In this document: positions 8,318 through 18,494 of the stretch, piece by piece
Numbering within the stretch: the first letter of the stretch is position 1
Layout of the letters: every line of letters starts with the position of its first letter
Program-made: the position numbers and the translations under genes
Assembly: GCA_964510165.1 (NCBI GenBank)
Contig: CAZEBC010000024.1
Location: forward strand, 1 to 32,806
Direction of reading: 5' to 3'
Source of the DNA: an uncultured bacterium
GTDB lineage: Bacteria; Abyssobacteria; SURF-5
Length of the DNA: 32,806 bases
Notes under the pieces: model-generated
Seen by the model: the letters and a program-made list of their open reading frames with translations, nothing else
Databases searched by the model: none
What the model was told of the DNA's origin: nothing

Positions 8318-11061
8318 TTTGTTTTCACTCTCCTTCCGGGTAATGCTTCCTCACTTGAGCCGGATGCCGACGCGGTTTTCATTCCGCCCAGCGCCCCTTC
8401 TATACTTTCCCTGATTTCTCGTATCCGCAACGGGTCCGTAATCTTGTTGCCTTCGCTGTCGGTGACGTAGAAGGCGTCGCGGGCCTGCCGGACATCGGTT
8501 GCGATCTTTGCGACGAAGATGTTCAGTCCCAGGGCCGACAGGGTGGAGGCGATATCGTACAGCAAGCCGACCCGGTCTGGCGCCTCGATGTCTATGACGG
8601 TATGGGTCGCCGAGACGTGGTTATCAAAAAACACCTCGCGGCGAAGCGAGGACATCGTCCGTCGGGCGACTCGCGGGATGCGCTCCACCTGCCGCACGAG
8701 GACGCCGACATCGCGGTCGCCCCGGAACACTTTACGCAAGGTTTCCCTCACCAGTTCCCATTTTGTCGGGGAAAGCGGCTGGTCGGTCTCTTCGTCCAGC
8801 ACGTGAAAGGTGTCGATGGCTATTCCGTCGGCGCGCGTGAAGACTGCGGCGCTCATGACGCTCACTTGCTGGGAGGCGAACGAGCCCGCGATCTCGGCGA
8901 AGAGGCCGAGTTTATCCTTTGCACAGACGACCACCTTCGAGAGGGAGTAGGCCGGCAGTTCCTCGCACTTGAAGGCGCCATTCACCCTGCGAAGCGACAG
9001 GGCCATCTGTATGTGCTCGGCGATCTCCTGAGGCGGGAAACTGTCGAAGTATCGCCGCGACATGAGCTTGAGGTGTTTTTTGATGAAGCCGCTTTCGAGG
9101 TGCGGCAGATATTCCGCGATGGCGTTGGCCTTGGGCGTGTTCCAATACTCTTCGTGTTCGCGCTCCACGGCGGCGGGCAGCGCCAGCAGTTGTTTTGTGC
9201 GGTGGTACAGTTGGTACAGCAGCGCGGATTTCCAGTCGTTCCATGCTCCTTGCCGGACAGCGTAGAGGTCGGCGAAAGTGAGCAGGTACAGCATGTTGAG
9301 GTTTTCTTCCGTTCCGACCTCGGCTGCGAACGAACGTATTATCTCGGAGTCGTCGAGGTCGCGGTACTGGCTCAGATGAGTCATCGTGAGATGATTGCGA
9401 ATTAGGAACTGAAGGGTCTCCATCTGCGTCTCGCTCAGGGCGAGGCGCTCACCCAGTTGGCCGGCTATCTGAATGCCGTGCTCCACGTGAGAGCCGCGCT
9501 CCGTCTTTCCCAGGTCGTGGAGAAAGATGGCGAGCGAGAGGATTTCGGGCGCGCGCACCTCGTTGAGGATTTTCTTGAGCGCGTCGGTCCCGAGTTCGGT
9601 CAGATGCGGGATGGCGGCCAGGTTCTCGAGCGCGCGCAACGTATGCTCGTCGACCGGATATTGATGGAACTCATCGTACCACACGAGGTGCCTGACGGCG
9701 GCGAACTCTGGGAAGTAACGGTCGAGAATGCCGAGGTCGCTCATCAATCGCACTGTTGCCCCCACGCGGGCCGTGTCGGAAAGGATCGCCATGAAATAGT
9801 CCCGCGCGACGGGCGACATGCGGAATTTGTCATCCATGAGATGGAGATTTCGGCGGATGGCGGATGCCGCGCTGTCGCTTAGCTGCAGCCCGCGCCTCTG
9901 AGCATACCAGATGACCTCGATGAGGCGGGTCGGATTCTCGCGGAACCAGTTGGAGTCTTCCTCGGGCACATACACGAGTTGCCGGGTAATTCTCAAGCCT
10001 CGTTCCGTCTTGCCGCCGTTGGCGGACTTGGGTGCGCGCCTGCGTTTTTCGGGCAGTCCGCCCAGGCGGAGCATTTCCTCATAGAATCGGTGGAGTTCAT
10101 TCGCGTGGATGTAGTAGTCCTGCATGAACAGTTCGACGCCGAGCGCGCCGCGCGTCGAGGGATATCCAAAAGCCTCGGCTATTCGTTCCTGCCTAGCCAG
10201 GGTGAGCGCGTCGTCGTGAGGGCCTTCCTCGAAGAACAGTTGGTTTCGGACGCGCCACATGAAATCAAGGGCTTTTTCGAGCTTGAGGAACTTGTCGTCG
10301 TCCAACAATCCGGCATTGAAGAAATCGCGGCACGATTTGAGCCCGTATCGTGCGAGCGCGATCCACACGCCGGTATGATAGTCGCGCAGTCCGCCGGCGG
10401 TTTCCTTGATATTGGGCTCGTCATGATACACCTCGCGGCCTGCCTGACGGTAGGATCTGAGGCGTTCCCGTTCCTTGCGTCGAATGAACTGCTTGATGCC
10501 TGCCGCCTTTATCTGCGCGAAGAGTTTCCGGGCAAAGGCTTCGTACGTCGCGCTGTCGCCCGCAAGCAGGCGGGACTCGAGCATGGAAGTGAGGATGGTG
10601 TCGTCCTGTTTAGCCAGTCTGAGCGCCCCCCGAAGGGAGCGGACGCTATGGCCGACCTCGAAGCCGAGGTCCCAGAGGAAGTGCAGCAGGCGTTCGTTTG
10701 CCGTCTGCGCCTCCCCGTCCAGGCGTCCACCATGCAGAAACATGATGTCTATGTCGGAGGAAAAGCACAGTTCCTTTCTGCCGTATCCTCCGAGGGCAAC
10801 GAGCGCGTGAGGGGCGGTTTCGCGGCCGCTTGTCAGCCCCATCGAGTAAATCGATTTGACCAGCGCATCGACCAGGGAGGTATAGCGATTGGTGACGGCG
10901 GCTCCGGAAGCGCCCTCGAAGTGCATCCGGTGGATTTCGCGCTTTTTCTCCTGGATGAAGCTCTTCACCGCGCCCAGAACCTGCGCGCGCGCCGCGTCGT
11001 GAGGGTAGCTCGACTCGCTCTTTCGCGAGAAGATATCTTTCAATTCATCGAGATAATCCAT
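8314..11061 (-). CDS. glnD: [Protein-PII] uridylyltransferase/uridylyl-removing enzyme GlnD
   Basis: NTase motif GGYGRKEL...SDIDI, EPNIKETAGGLRD, FHQYPVDEHT, HD motif LHDLGK and two ACT domains (DKLGLF; DRVGLLY). ATG at 11061 lies 2 nt after the batE stop. Confidence 0.96.
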   Translation of the reverse strand: MDYLDELKDIFSRKSESSYPHDAARAQVLGAVKSFIQEKKREIHRMHFEGASGAAVTNRYTSLVDALVKSIYSMGLTSGRETAPHALVALGGYGRKELCFSSDIDIMFLHGGRLDGEAQTANERLLHFLWDLGFEVGHSVRSLRGALRLAKQDDTILTSMLESRLLAGDSATYEAFARKLFAQIKAAGIKQFIRRKERERLRSYRQAGREVYHDEPNIKETAGGLRDYHTGVWIALARYGLKSCRDFFNAGLLDDDKFLKLEKALDFMWRVRNQLFFEEGPHDDALTLARQERIAEAFGYPSTRGALGVELFMQDYYIHANELHRFYEEMLRLGGLPEKRRRAPKSANGGKTERGLRITRQLVYVPEEDSNWFRENPTRLIEVIWYAQRRGLQLSDSAASAIRRNLHLMDDKFRMSPVARDYFMAILSDTARVGATVRLMSDLGILDRYFPEFAAVRHLVWYDEFHQYPVDEHTLRALENLAAIPHLTELGTDALKKILNEVRAPEILSLAIFLHDLGKTERGSHVEHGIQIAGQLGERLALSETQMETLQFLIRNHLTMTHLSQYRDLDDSEIIRSFAAEVGTEENLNMLYLLTFADLYAVRQGAWNDWKSALLYQLYHRTKQLLALPAAVEREHEEYWNTPKANAIAEYLPHLESGFIKKHLKLMSRRYFDSFPPQEIAEHIQMALSLRRVNGAFKCEELPAYSLSKVVVCAKDKLGLFAEIAGSFASQQVSVMSAAVFTRADGIAIDTFHVLDEETDQPLSPTKWELVRETLRKVFRGDRDVGVLVRQVERIPRVARRTMSSLRREVFFDNHVSATHTVIDIEAPDRVGLLYDIASTLSALGLNIFVAKIATDVRQARDAFYVTDSEGNKITDPLRIREIRESIEGALGGMKTASASGSSEEALPGRRVKTK

Positions 11062-11063
11062 CG

Positions 11064-11843
11064 TCAAATGATTCCGGCGTGTGACTCTCTCAACCAGCCG
11101 CGCCTGCCGTCCGACAGTTCGACCTGGTACCATCCGTTCTCGTGGGCGATCACCTCGAGTTCGGCGCCGTCATGGAGGCTGAACGAAACCAGGTAGCGTT
11201 CGCCGGGGCCGGTGTGAACCGGCGCTTCCTCCGCGATAACTACCGCCTCGCGCGGGTTGGCGGCGTGATATGCGTGCGCCGCGGTAGAGACGCCAAAGGC
11301 GCCCGTTACCAGCAGTGACACTCCGAGGAGCCATCGAAGCGCCCGGGGTTTCCAGAACAGGTGGATGCACGCCAGCGACGCGGTAATCGAATACGCGCAC
11401 AGGAAGACGGCTTCCGACTCGGCTCGGCTCAACCCGTAATGGAAGAACAGGAGTTCGCGCAGCATCTCAGTGCTCTTAGGCCGGTCTATCTTGTCCCTCG
11501 CGACGTTCTGAACGAGGCGAAGGTTTGCCTCGATGTCCCTGTCCCTGGGGGTGAGGCGAAGGGCTCGCTTGTAGGCCGCCGTTGCGTTTCCGTACTGGCC
11601 GAGCTTGAAATAGGCGTTGCCAAGGTTGTAATAGATATCCGCCGTCCTCAGTTCTGTGCCCGCGAGGAGTCCTTCATAGAGCCTGACGGCGTCCTCATAG
11701 TTGCCGGCCTTGTATTCCTCGTTTGCAATGTCGAAGACGTTGTCCACTTCGGCGGCCGGCACAGTGGCCGAATTCCTTTCGGCGGCCATTGCCGCTCCTG
11801 CGAGCAGGAAGAACATTATGAATAAGGATAAGACAGCCTTCAT
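11064..11843 (-). CDS. batE: BatE-like TPR + SH3 protein
   Basis: Signal peptide, TPR motif YYNLGNAYFKLGQYG, two TM segments and a C-terminal SH3b-like GWYQVELSDGRRGWL. Follows batD. Confidence 0.85.
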   Translation of the reverse strand: MKAVLSLFIMFFLLAGAAMAAERNSATVPAAEVDNVFDIANEEYKAGNYEDAVRLYEGLLAGTELRTADIYYNLGNAYFKLGQYGNATAAYKRALRLTPRDRDIEANLRLVQNVARDKIDRPKSTEMLRELLFFHYGLSRAESEAVFLCAYSITASLACIHLFWKPRALRWLLGVSLLVTGAFGVSTAAHAYHAANPREAVVIAEEAPVHTGPGERYLVSFSLHDGAELEVIAHENGWYQVELSDGRRGWLRESHAGII

Positions 11844-13693
11844 TGTCCGATAGCCTCCTCTTGCTCGAGGCGTTCGACTATCCGGAGCGTCCTGTCAATG
11901 AATTGTCGCGCAACGACGGGGCTGTTCGCAGAAGAGGCGAAGCGGTTAAAGTCGCATGCCTCCAGGAGACTGACGATTTCGGAAGACAAATCCCGGGAAA
12001 CGCTGCAAGAGGCGAGCACCGAGGCGACCTCCGGGGGCGTCAATCCCGCGGCGGGCACGTTGCACTTGTCGGCGAGATAATCGGTGATTGCGCGGGAACA
12101 TTCGGCGAACACGTCGTTCCATCTTTTCCCATCGAGCGCCGCGCGCGCGGCCTGGATGTGCGATTCCGCCGTCTTTCCCGCTTGACGGGAGCGTCTGTAG
12201 GCGGTATCGGTCTTCAAACGTTCTCTATGCCGGGCAATTGCGAAACAGACGGCGTAGAGGAATGCGGGGAGCGGATAGGCGGCCGGCCTGAGGCGCCCAA
12301 GCCACAGAGCGAGGCGGTTGTGAGTGATGGGCCCGATTCGTTCGTGAATTGGGAGGATGTCGGAGTTGTCGGAACGTGCGCGGTCGGTCTCTTCCGCCGA
12401 CCTCGCAACTTGCAACGTTTCACTTTCTGAGGGACGCACCTTCAACGTCAAGGGGCCTGCTGAAGCGATCTCGTAGCGCTCATTCTCCGGATTGAAGTAC
12501 GGGATGGTCAGTTTAGGAACGGCTACGTCGCCCGGTTGCTGGGGTACAAGGGCCACGCGGTATACTTTTTCGCCGACAACCGTGTTATCGTAATTTTTTA
12601 CACTGATCGAGGGGGTGTCCGAATATGTCTTCACGCCCTCGATCTGAGGGTCAGGATCTGGAACGTCTCTCACATTGCCTTCGCCGCTGAGGACAAGTGT
12701 GAGCGTAACTGACTCCCCGGCCTTCACTTCGTCCTTGCTCAGGCGGGCGGTCATGCTGAAACTGCCGACGCCGCCTTTGAATCCATCAGGCCTGCCCTCA
12801 AGCGGCAGAGGGCGCACCGTGAGTCGTATGGGCGTTGTGTACGCGGTCCGCTGAACGATGTCCTCGGTGCGGAAGAGCTTGAAGAAATCGTCGTCAAACA
12901 GGTTCCTGCCGAACGGATCCTTGAAGAGCGGCGGTTCGAAGGGCGACCGGTCCGCGGGAATCAGTTCATCATAGCGCAGCATGATCCTGTCTATGGTGAT
13001 CTCGCCCTCTCTGATTGGGAACAGAGGCGCCGCTATCTCGGCGACATGATATGTTTGTCCCTCTATTGTCTGGGTGTATTCGCGCTTGTTTTCCACGCCT
13101 TCGGTCCAGAAATCGGGCAGTTCGGGGAGCGTATATCCGGCGTTTCGGATGTGGGCGTCGGGCTTTCGGGCGAATCGAAACAGAAGGGTAATCTGCTGAC
13201 CGACATAAGGACGGAGGTTGTTGACGACGGCCTCCACAAGCACGGCTTGCGAGCCGGCAGGGCTGGCGGATTGGGTTTGCTGCGCTTCCACGACGTTGAG
13301 GGTGACGGTGTTACTCTCGTAGGACGTTCCGCCGTGCTCGAGGCGGGCGGGTCCGATGGTAAAGAGGCCTGTTCTACTGGGCAACACAACGTATCTGAAC
13401 ATCTTGGACGATCTCACGTTCATATTGACTATCTGGACGTTCTGCGACCGGCCCCGGAAGACTATGTCGAGTCCCTCAACCTCGGGCAGGATAGGGTCCG
13501 AATTGAGGGCCTGGCCGGTGACAGTCACATTAAGGATGGCTTGCGCGCCCAATTGAATTTCCGGTTGGCTCAGGCTGAGTTCGATTCCTGGGCTTGCGTC
13601 CGCAGCCAATATCCGAGACGCGGGCAGGAGGGCCGCTGTCGCAAGCAGGGCGCAGACCAGACGCAGTTTCCTTTTGGCAATGGTTTCTGTCAC
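11840..13693 (-). CDS. batD: BatD family protein
   Basis: Signal peptide, repeated Ig-like units (G.FTIGPA, YVGQQITL, F.GGVGSF, GEGNV, YFNP...YE) and a C-terminal TM plus helical domain. GTG start. Confidence 0.9.
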   Translation of the reverse strand: MTETIAKRKLRLVCALLATAALLPASRILAADASPGIELSLSQPEIQLGAQAILNVTVTGQALNSDPILPEVEGLDIVFRGRSQNVQIVNMNVRSSKMFRYVVLPSRTGLFTIGPARLEHGGTSYESNTVTLNVVEAQQTQSASPAGSQAVLVEAVVNNLRPYVGQQITLLFRFARKPDAHIRNAGYTLPELPDFWTEGVENKREYTQTIEGQTYHVAEIAAPLFPIREGEITIDRIMLRYDELIPADRSPFEPPLFKDPFGRNLFDDDFFKLFRTEDIVQRTAYTTPIRLTVRPLPLEGRPDGFKGGVGSFSMTARLSKDEVKAGESVTLTLVLSGEGNVRDVPDPDPQIEGVKTYSDTPSISVKNYDNTVVGEKVYRVALVPQQPGDVAVPKLTIPYFNPENERYEIASAGPLTLKVRPSESETLQVARSAEETDRARSDNSDILPIHERIGPITHNRLALWLGRLRPAAYPLPAFLYAVCFAIARHRERLKTDTAYRRSRQAGKTAESHIQAARAALDGKRWNDVFAECSRAITDYLADKCNVPAAGLTPPEVASVLASCSVSRDLSSEIVSLLEACDFNRFASSANSPVVARQFIDRTLRIVERLEQEEAIGQ

Positions 13694-13768
13694 TGTGTCC
13701 GATACTCCATCGTCTAATGTATCAAATTGTCCTGAGAAAACAAAACAGTATCGCCCAGAGGCGCGGCA

Positions 13769-14596
13769 TCACCAGTCCTTGGGATAAGTGACGACTGTGG
13801 GCGGTTGCTGCCGTTTGAGGAACTCTTTCATGTTTTCCGCGCTTTCGGCCTCTATCATATTCAGCCATCGGTTGAGGTTCTCCCTGGTCATGCGCTGCTC
13901 TTGTGCGCCCTGGCCTGCGTGTTGCGGTTGCTCCTGTCCCGAAGCGCCGGCTTGTTGGGACTGTTCAGGCATTTGTTCCTGTGGCTGGGTCTGCGGGTCC
14001 TGGCTCTTATCGCGTGCGCGTTCCTGGTCCTCCGGCTGCCGGGGCTGTCCTTGTTGGTCGTCCTGTTTTTCGGACTGGTTATCCTTGTTAGAACTTCGTT
14101 GTTCCTGCTCTTGTCCCTTTTTCTCTTGTTCTTTCTGCTGCTCGCGCTGCTTTTGCTCGTTCATGCGTCTGCGGATTTCACTGCGCACAAACTCGAGGTT
14201 GAACTTCGCGTCTTCGTCGTTGGGATCGATTTCAAGAGTCCTGAGGTACTGCTCGGCTGCATCTTCGAGTCGTCCCATGCGGTAGAGCGCGTTCCCGGCG
14301 TTATAGTGGCTGCGGGCCATGGTGGCGGAGTCCTCGCTGCGGGCGGCCATTAGGTATTGAGACAGCGATTCCTCATGTCTGCCGAGCTTGTACTGGGCGT
14401 TTCCGAGGTTGAACATGATGCGCTCATCGTCCGGCGACTCGACCTGGGCTGCCTCATATTCCTTGAGAGCCTCCTCGTATTTTCCCTGAGAATAGAACGA
14501 GTTGCCGACTCTCACCGAACCTGAGGGCGGCTCGGCGAACGCGGCGGACGCGAAAAGAAGCAAGCCGGTTATGGCGACGACGCTATGCAGACGCAT
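13769..14596 (-). CDS. batC: BatC-like TPR protein with Q-rich tail
   Basis: Start moved to ATG 14596 (MRLHSVV, signal peptide). TPRs FNLGNAQYKLG and YNAGNALYR, DEDAKFNLE, a Q/E/K-rich linker and a C-terminal KDW. Confidence 0.85.
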   Translation of the reverse strand: MRLHSVVAITGLLLFASAAFAEPPSGSVRVGNSFYSQGKYEEALKEYEAAQVESPDDERIMFNLGNAQYKLGRHEESLSQYLMAARSEDSATMARSHYNAGNALYRMGRLEDAAEQYLRTLEIDPNDEDAKFNLEFVRSEIRRRMNEQKQREQQKEQEKKGQEQEQRSSNKDNQSEKQDDQQGQPRQPEDQERARDKSQDPQTQPQEQMPEQSQQAGASGQEQPQHAGQGAQEQRMTRENLNRWLNMIEAESAENMKEFLKRQQPPTVVTYPKDW

Positions 14597-15584
14597 GTCT
14601 TTGCCTTTCGCCGATGAGCGCTTCGGCAAGAAGCAGGGTTGCCGCCAGAAAGAGCGGCCACTGGTAACGTTCTTCCCATCGTTTTCTGCGGGTGGTCTCG
14701 AGTTCGTGTTTTTCCATCTTCTGGTTGATTTCATCGAGATAGATGCTCTCGAGGTCAAGGTCCCCCGTCACCGAACGCACATACACGCCTTCGCCTGCGA
14801 GCGCGATATCCTGGAGAACCTTGTCTTCAAGCTTCGTGGTCACCATGAGACCGTTGTCGTACTTGAATCCGCCGCCCGCCAGAGGAATCGGCACGGCTTC
14901 ATCCTCTCTGCCGACCCCGATCGTGTAGATTCTCATGCCTTTCTCCTTGGCTTCGCGAGCGGCGGCGATGGGGTCGCCTTGCAGGTTGCCGCCGTCGGAG
15001 ATGAGGATGATGGCTTTCGAACTGCGCTCAGTGTCGTCAAAGGCCCCAATGGCCTTTCTGAGCGCACTCTCCAGGTTTGTCCCTTCCTGCGGCACGATGT
15101 CGGTGTTGATGTAATCGAGGAACATGAGACATGCGCCGTAATCGAGCGTGAGGGGGCATTGGAGGAACGCGTCGCCAGAGAACACAACCAGACCGACGCG
15201 GTCGCCTTTCAGCATCTTTATGAGGTCATATACCTCTCGCTTTGAGCGTTCGAGCCGGCTGGGCTTGACATCCTGGCTGAGCATGCTGTCGGAGGTGTCG
15301 AGCGCGATCACGATATCAACGCCTCGCCGCTTGACCTCTTCCCAATGAAAGCCCCATCTGGGTCCAAGGAGCGCAAGTATGAGGAAAAAGAGGGCGCCGA
15401 TAAGCATGCCTGTCTTGATGTTTCGTCTTCGGACGCTGTGTCCGGAAAGAATCTGGTCCAGCATCCTCTCGCTCGCAAACCGGAGCATGTCCTTCTTTTT
15501 TCTGGACATCCCGTAAAGAATTGCCAGTGCCACTGCAGGCAGCAGAAGGAACAGATAGATATGGTGCGGGTTCGCGAATCTCAT
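14583..15584 (-). CDS. batB: BatB-like vWA domain protein
   Basis: MRFANP start, TM segments, PRWG, MIDAS DTSDS, DVKPSRLERSK, QCPLTLD and ISDG. Confidence 0.9.
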   Translation of the reverse strand: MRFANPHHIYLFLLLPAVALAILYGMSRKKKDMLRFASERMLDQILSGHSVRRRNIKTGMLIGALFFLILALLGPRWGFHWEEVKRRGVDIVIALDTSDSMLSQDVKPSRLERSKREVYDLIKMLKGDRVGLVVFSGDAFLQCPLTLDYGACLMFLDYINTDIVPQEGTNLESALRKAIGAFDDTERSSKAIILISDGGNLQGDPIAAAREAKEKGMRIYTIGVGREDEAVPIPLAGGGFKYDNGLMVTTKLEDKVLQDIALAGEGVYVRSVTGDLDLESIYLDEINQKMEKHELETTRRKRWEERYQWPLFLAATLLLAEALIGERQRHASA

Positions 15585-15587
15585 ATG

Positions 15588-16589
15588 CTATGGAATCTGT
15601 TTCAAGGCCGTATTTCTCAGTAATATTTCGAGCGAGACAAGCGCCAGGCCCGGAAGAAGCAGCCAGGGATACAGTTCGAAGTATTCGGTGTATTCCTTGA
15701 CCGTCACTTCGGTCTTTTCCATCTTGTCGATCTGTTTGTAGATGCGATCGAGCGCCTCGGTGTCGGTCGCCCGAAAATATTCAGCGCCCGTTTTCTCGGC
15801 CACCATTTTCAGGGTCCCTTCATCAAGCGGGACATATTCAAACCGAAGCTGTTCGCCGAGGATTGTGTTCACTCTGAACGGGGCTTTGTCCTTTGTGCCA
15901 ACGCCGATAGTGTAGACCTTGATGCCAAGTGTCCGCGCTATATCGGCGGCGGTCTCGGGAGAAATCTTGCCCCGGTTGTTGATGCCGTCGGTGAGCAGGA
16001 TGACGACCTTCTGCTTTGCGGGCAGGTCCTTCAGCCGGCTGGAACTGAAGGCGATGGCCGAGCCGATTGCCGTGTATTCGCCCGCCATGCCGACGTTGGC
16101 TTTGTCGAGGAAGCTGAGGAGCGCGCCATGGTCGAGCGTGATTGGACATTGCAGAAAGGCGTGTGTGCCGAACACAACCATTCCTATTCGGTCATTCTTG
16201 CGGCTTTTGACGAACTCCTTCACCACCTTCTTGACAGCTTCGAGCCGGGAAACCCGCTTCCCGCCGGCGATGAAGTCGAGGGCCTCCATCGTGCCCGACG
16301 TATCAATCGCGAGCATGATGTCAACGCCCTCGCTCAGGATTTCGCTGCTCTTGTTCCCGAGTTGAGGCCGCGCCAGCGCGAAGACGAGCAACAGGAAGGC
16401 GAGCGCGCGCAAAGCGACCGGCACGTGAAAAGGCCAGCGACGCGACGAACCGGCCAGTTGCTGGAGCAGCGCAAGCGTCGGAAACCTGACGCTGCCGGAC
16501 CTTCCCAGCTTGAAATGCATGAACAGGAGGGGCGCCAATCCGATCGCGAGCGCGATTGCCCAGGGGTCCTCGAACCTGAAGGAACTCAT
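15588..16589 (-). CDS. batA: BatA-like vWA domain protein
   Basis: F.DPW, ALARPQ, MIDAS DTSGT, DRIGMVVFG, LLTDGINN.G and KVYTIGVG. Confidence 0.92.
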   Translation of the reverse strand: MSSFRFEDPWAIALAIGLAPLLFMHFKLGRSGSVRFPTLALLQQLAGSSRRWPFHVPVALRALAFLLLVFALARPQLGNKSSEILSEGVDIMLAIDTSGTMEALDFIAGGKRVSRLEAVKKVVKEFVKSRKNDRIGMVVFGTHAFLQCPITLDHGALLSFLDKANVGMAGEYTAIGSAIAFSSSRLKDLPAKQKVVILLTDGINNRGKISPETAADIARTLGIKVYTIGVGTKDKAPFRVNTILGEQLRFEYVPLDEGTLKMVAEKTGAEYFRATDTEALDRIYKQIDKMEKTEVTVKEYTEYFELYPWLLLPGLALVSLEILLRNTALKQIP

Positions 16590-17584
16590 GAGGCGTCACC
16601 TCCCGCGTCGGCTGAGGTGGCGACGGGGCTCGTCTTATTTATGAAGGCCCTTGTCTGTTCCAGGTACTCTCGCAACGTCTCTCGCGAAGGCCGGTGTTTG
16701 GCGAATTTGACCAGGTCCGTCTCGGTGAGGAACTCCCTCACAAGGGGTTTCAGGTCGTCGTTGATGATGCCATCTCCCTCAATGCGGGGAAGTATCTCAT
16801 CGGTCGTCAGGTCGACGGCGGGGAAGCCGAACCGTGCCTGCATGTATCGTCGGAAAATCTCGGAAAGTTCGAAGCAGAATTCACGGGCCTGGCCGCGTTC
16901 GATAAGTCGTTTCGCGAGCAGTCGTTCAAGCGCCTCGAAAGCTTCCTCGTGAGCGGGCCTGGCGGCAATCCTGTGCTCCCGGATTCCTCTCTTGAGTCGC
17001 CCGACCAGCTTTCGCAGTCCAAGAAGCGAGGCGGCGACCAGAACGAGAGCCGCCAGGACTATCAGGAACATTCGATACCATGGCGCGGCAGGCAACGGCG
17101 GCTTGATGTCTCTTATATCGGCGGCTTCGCCTTCTTTCGCAAGGAGCGACTCGACTTCGAGGAACAGCCTGGGGGTTTGTATCGAGGCGTTCTCTCCATC
17201 GGACTGGGTGTAATTGATCTCGATGGGTTCGATAACATATGACCCCGCCATATCGGCCTGGAGCTTGTACCATCGCTCCTTTGTGAGCCTGTCATCTTTG
17301 CGAACCGTGTCCGAGACGCCCGAATTGACGATTCGGAAATCGGAAAACTTGTCGGCGATCTCCGGAAGCTCAAGCGAGATGTCATCCCGGTAGTCGGCGG
17401 ACAGGGTGAACGTGACGATATCGCCGGGGTTGACGACCGCTTTGTCAAGATTGGCGCGAATCTCGGCGGGCGGTCTCTCCGCGATGGTCTGGTCCGCGGG
17501 CCTGTCGGCGGCGCAGGCGACGGCAAGTATCGTTACCCAAAGAGCGGCGAGGAGCGAGAAGCGTTTTCCCGGTTGACTCGACAT
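16586..17584 (-). CDS. Bat-operon membrane protein (BatD-like Ig domain, DIRDIK linker, TM, helical C-terminus)
   Basis: Signal peptide ending near Cys25, DIRDIKPP, a TM segment, ELSEIFRRY, TT.EI and DLVKFAK. Typical of the gene between DUF58 and batA. Confidence 0.8.
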   Translation of the reverse strand: MSSQPGKRFSLLAALWVTILAVACAADRPADQTIAERPPAEIRANLDKAVVNPGDIVTFTLSADYRDDISLELPEIADKFSDFRIVNSGVSDTVRKDDRLTKERWYKLQADMAGSYVIEPIEINYTQSDGENASIQTPRLFLEVESLLAKEGEAADIRDIKPPLPAAPWYRMFLIVLAALVLVAASLLGLRKLVGRLKRGIREHRIAARPAHEEAFEALERLLAKRLIERGQAREFCFELSEIFRRYMQARFGFPAVDLTTDEILPRIEGDGIINDDLKPLVREFLTETDLVKFAKHRPSRETLREYLEQTRAFINKTSPVATSADAGGDAS

Positions 17585-17589
17585 GGCTT

Positions 17590-18477
17590 CTATTTCCCGG
17601 CGGCAAGCCTGCGCTCGCGCATCCTGAAGAATTTCACGAGCGGCTCGATATACGACGAGTTAGTCCAGATTTCGACATGGTCTACATTCATCGAGCGGAA
17701 CGCTCTTACCTGTTCTGCCAGGTACCTGGCGGTCACGCGCTCGTATTGCCTCCTGAGATTCGGGTCGCGCGTGTTCACGATCGCGACGGCGCCCGTTTCG
17801 GGGTCTTCCAGTTGGATGAAGCCGACCGACGGCAATGCGACCTCGCGAGGGTCGGTTATTCTTAGCGCGATGATGTCGTGGCGCTGGTTGGCGACGCGGA
17901 GCTGTTTCTCGTAACCCGAGGCGAGAAAATCGGAAATCAAGAACGCGACCGTGCGGCGCGTGGTGACCCGCATAAGATAGTCGATAGCCGCCGCGATATT
18001 GGTGCCCTTGCCCTTGGGCTGGAAATAGAGTATCTCGCGAATGACCCGCAGGACGTGTGACCTTCCCTTCTTGGGGGCGATGAACAGCTCGACGCCGTCC
18101 GTGAACATGATGAGGCCGACCTTGTCGTTGTTGCGGATGGCCGAGAAGGCCATGAGCGCGCCGATCTCGGCGGCAATCTCATTTTTCGTTTGCTCGAGCG
18201 AGCCAAAACGGCCCGAGCCGGATGCGTCAACGAGGAGCATCACCGTCAATTCGCGCTCCTCGGCGAACTGTTTGACATAGAGCCGGCCCATTCTGGCCGT
18301 GACGTTCCAATCAATCGAACGGACGTCGTCGCCCGCCTGGTATTCCCGGACTTCGGCGAATTCCATGCCCCTGCCCTTGAACACGCTGCGGTACTGCCCG
18401 GCGAGCACGTCATTGACGGTGCGCGAGGTGGATATCTGGATTCGGCGGATTTTCTTTATGATTTCCTTCGAGAGCAT
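17590..18477 (-). CDS. DUF58 domain protein (vWA-like)
   Basis: G.YRSVFKGRGMEFAEVREYQAGDDVRSIDWNVTAR, DASGS and LISDF. Confidence 0.95.
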   Translation of the reverse strand: MLSKEIIKKIRRIQISTSRTVNDVLAGQYRSVFKGRGMEFAEVREYQAGDDVRSIDWNVTARMGRLYVKQFAEERELTVMLLVDASGSGRFGSLEQTKNEIAAEIGALMAFSAIRNNDKVGLIMFTDGVELFIAPKKGRSHVLRVIREILYFQPKGKGTNIAAAIDYLMRVTTRRTVAFLISDFLASGYEKQLRVANQRHDIIALRITDPREVALPSVGFIQLEDPETGAVAIVNTRDPNLRRQYERVTARYLAEQVRAFRSMNVDHVEIWTNSSYIEPLVKFFRMRERRLAAGK

Positions 18478-18494
18478 AGGCGGTTGGGCTGGTC

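Noticed and set aside
6680-8470. Plus-strand ORFs of 256 and 328 aa
   Set aside because: Antisense to the clearly identified degP, with no family motifs.
9979-11196. 405-aa plus-strand ORF
   Set aside because: Antisense to glnD; a codon-bias artefact.
13694-13768. AT-rich 75-bp batC-batD gap with a cgatact/agtatcg repeat and a TGaTACATT motif
   Set aside because: Could be an internal promoter, but the match is too weak to call.
13880-14165. Q/E/K-rich low-complexity stretch
   Set aside because: Normal feature of BatC-type proteins.
14597-14758. N-terminal extension of batC given by the ORF track (likewise glnD 11062-11133 and emrA 25722-25799)
   Set aside because: For batC and glnD the extension overlaps the upstream gene. 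In all three, the downstream ATG has better coupling, RBS or signal-peptide context.
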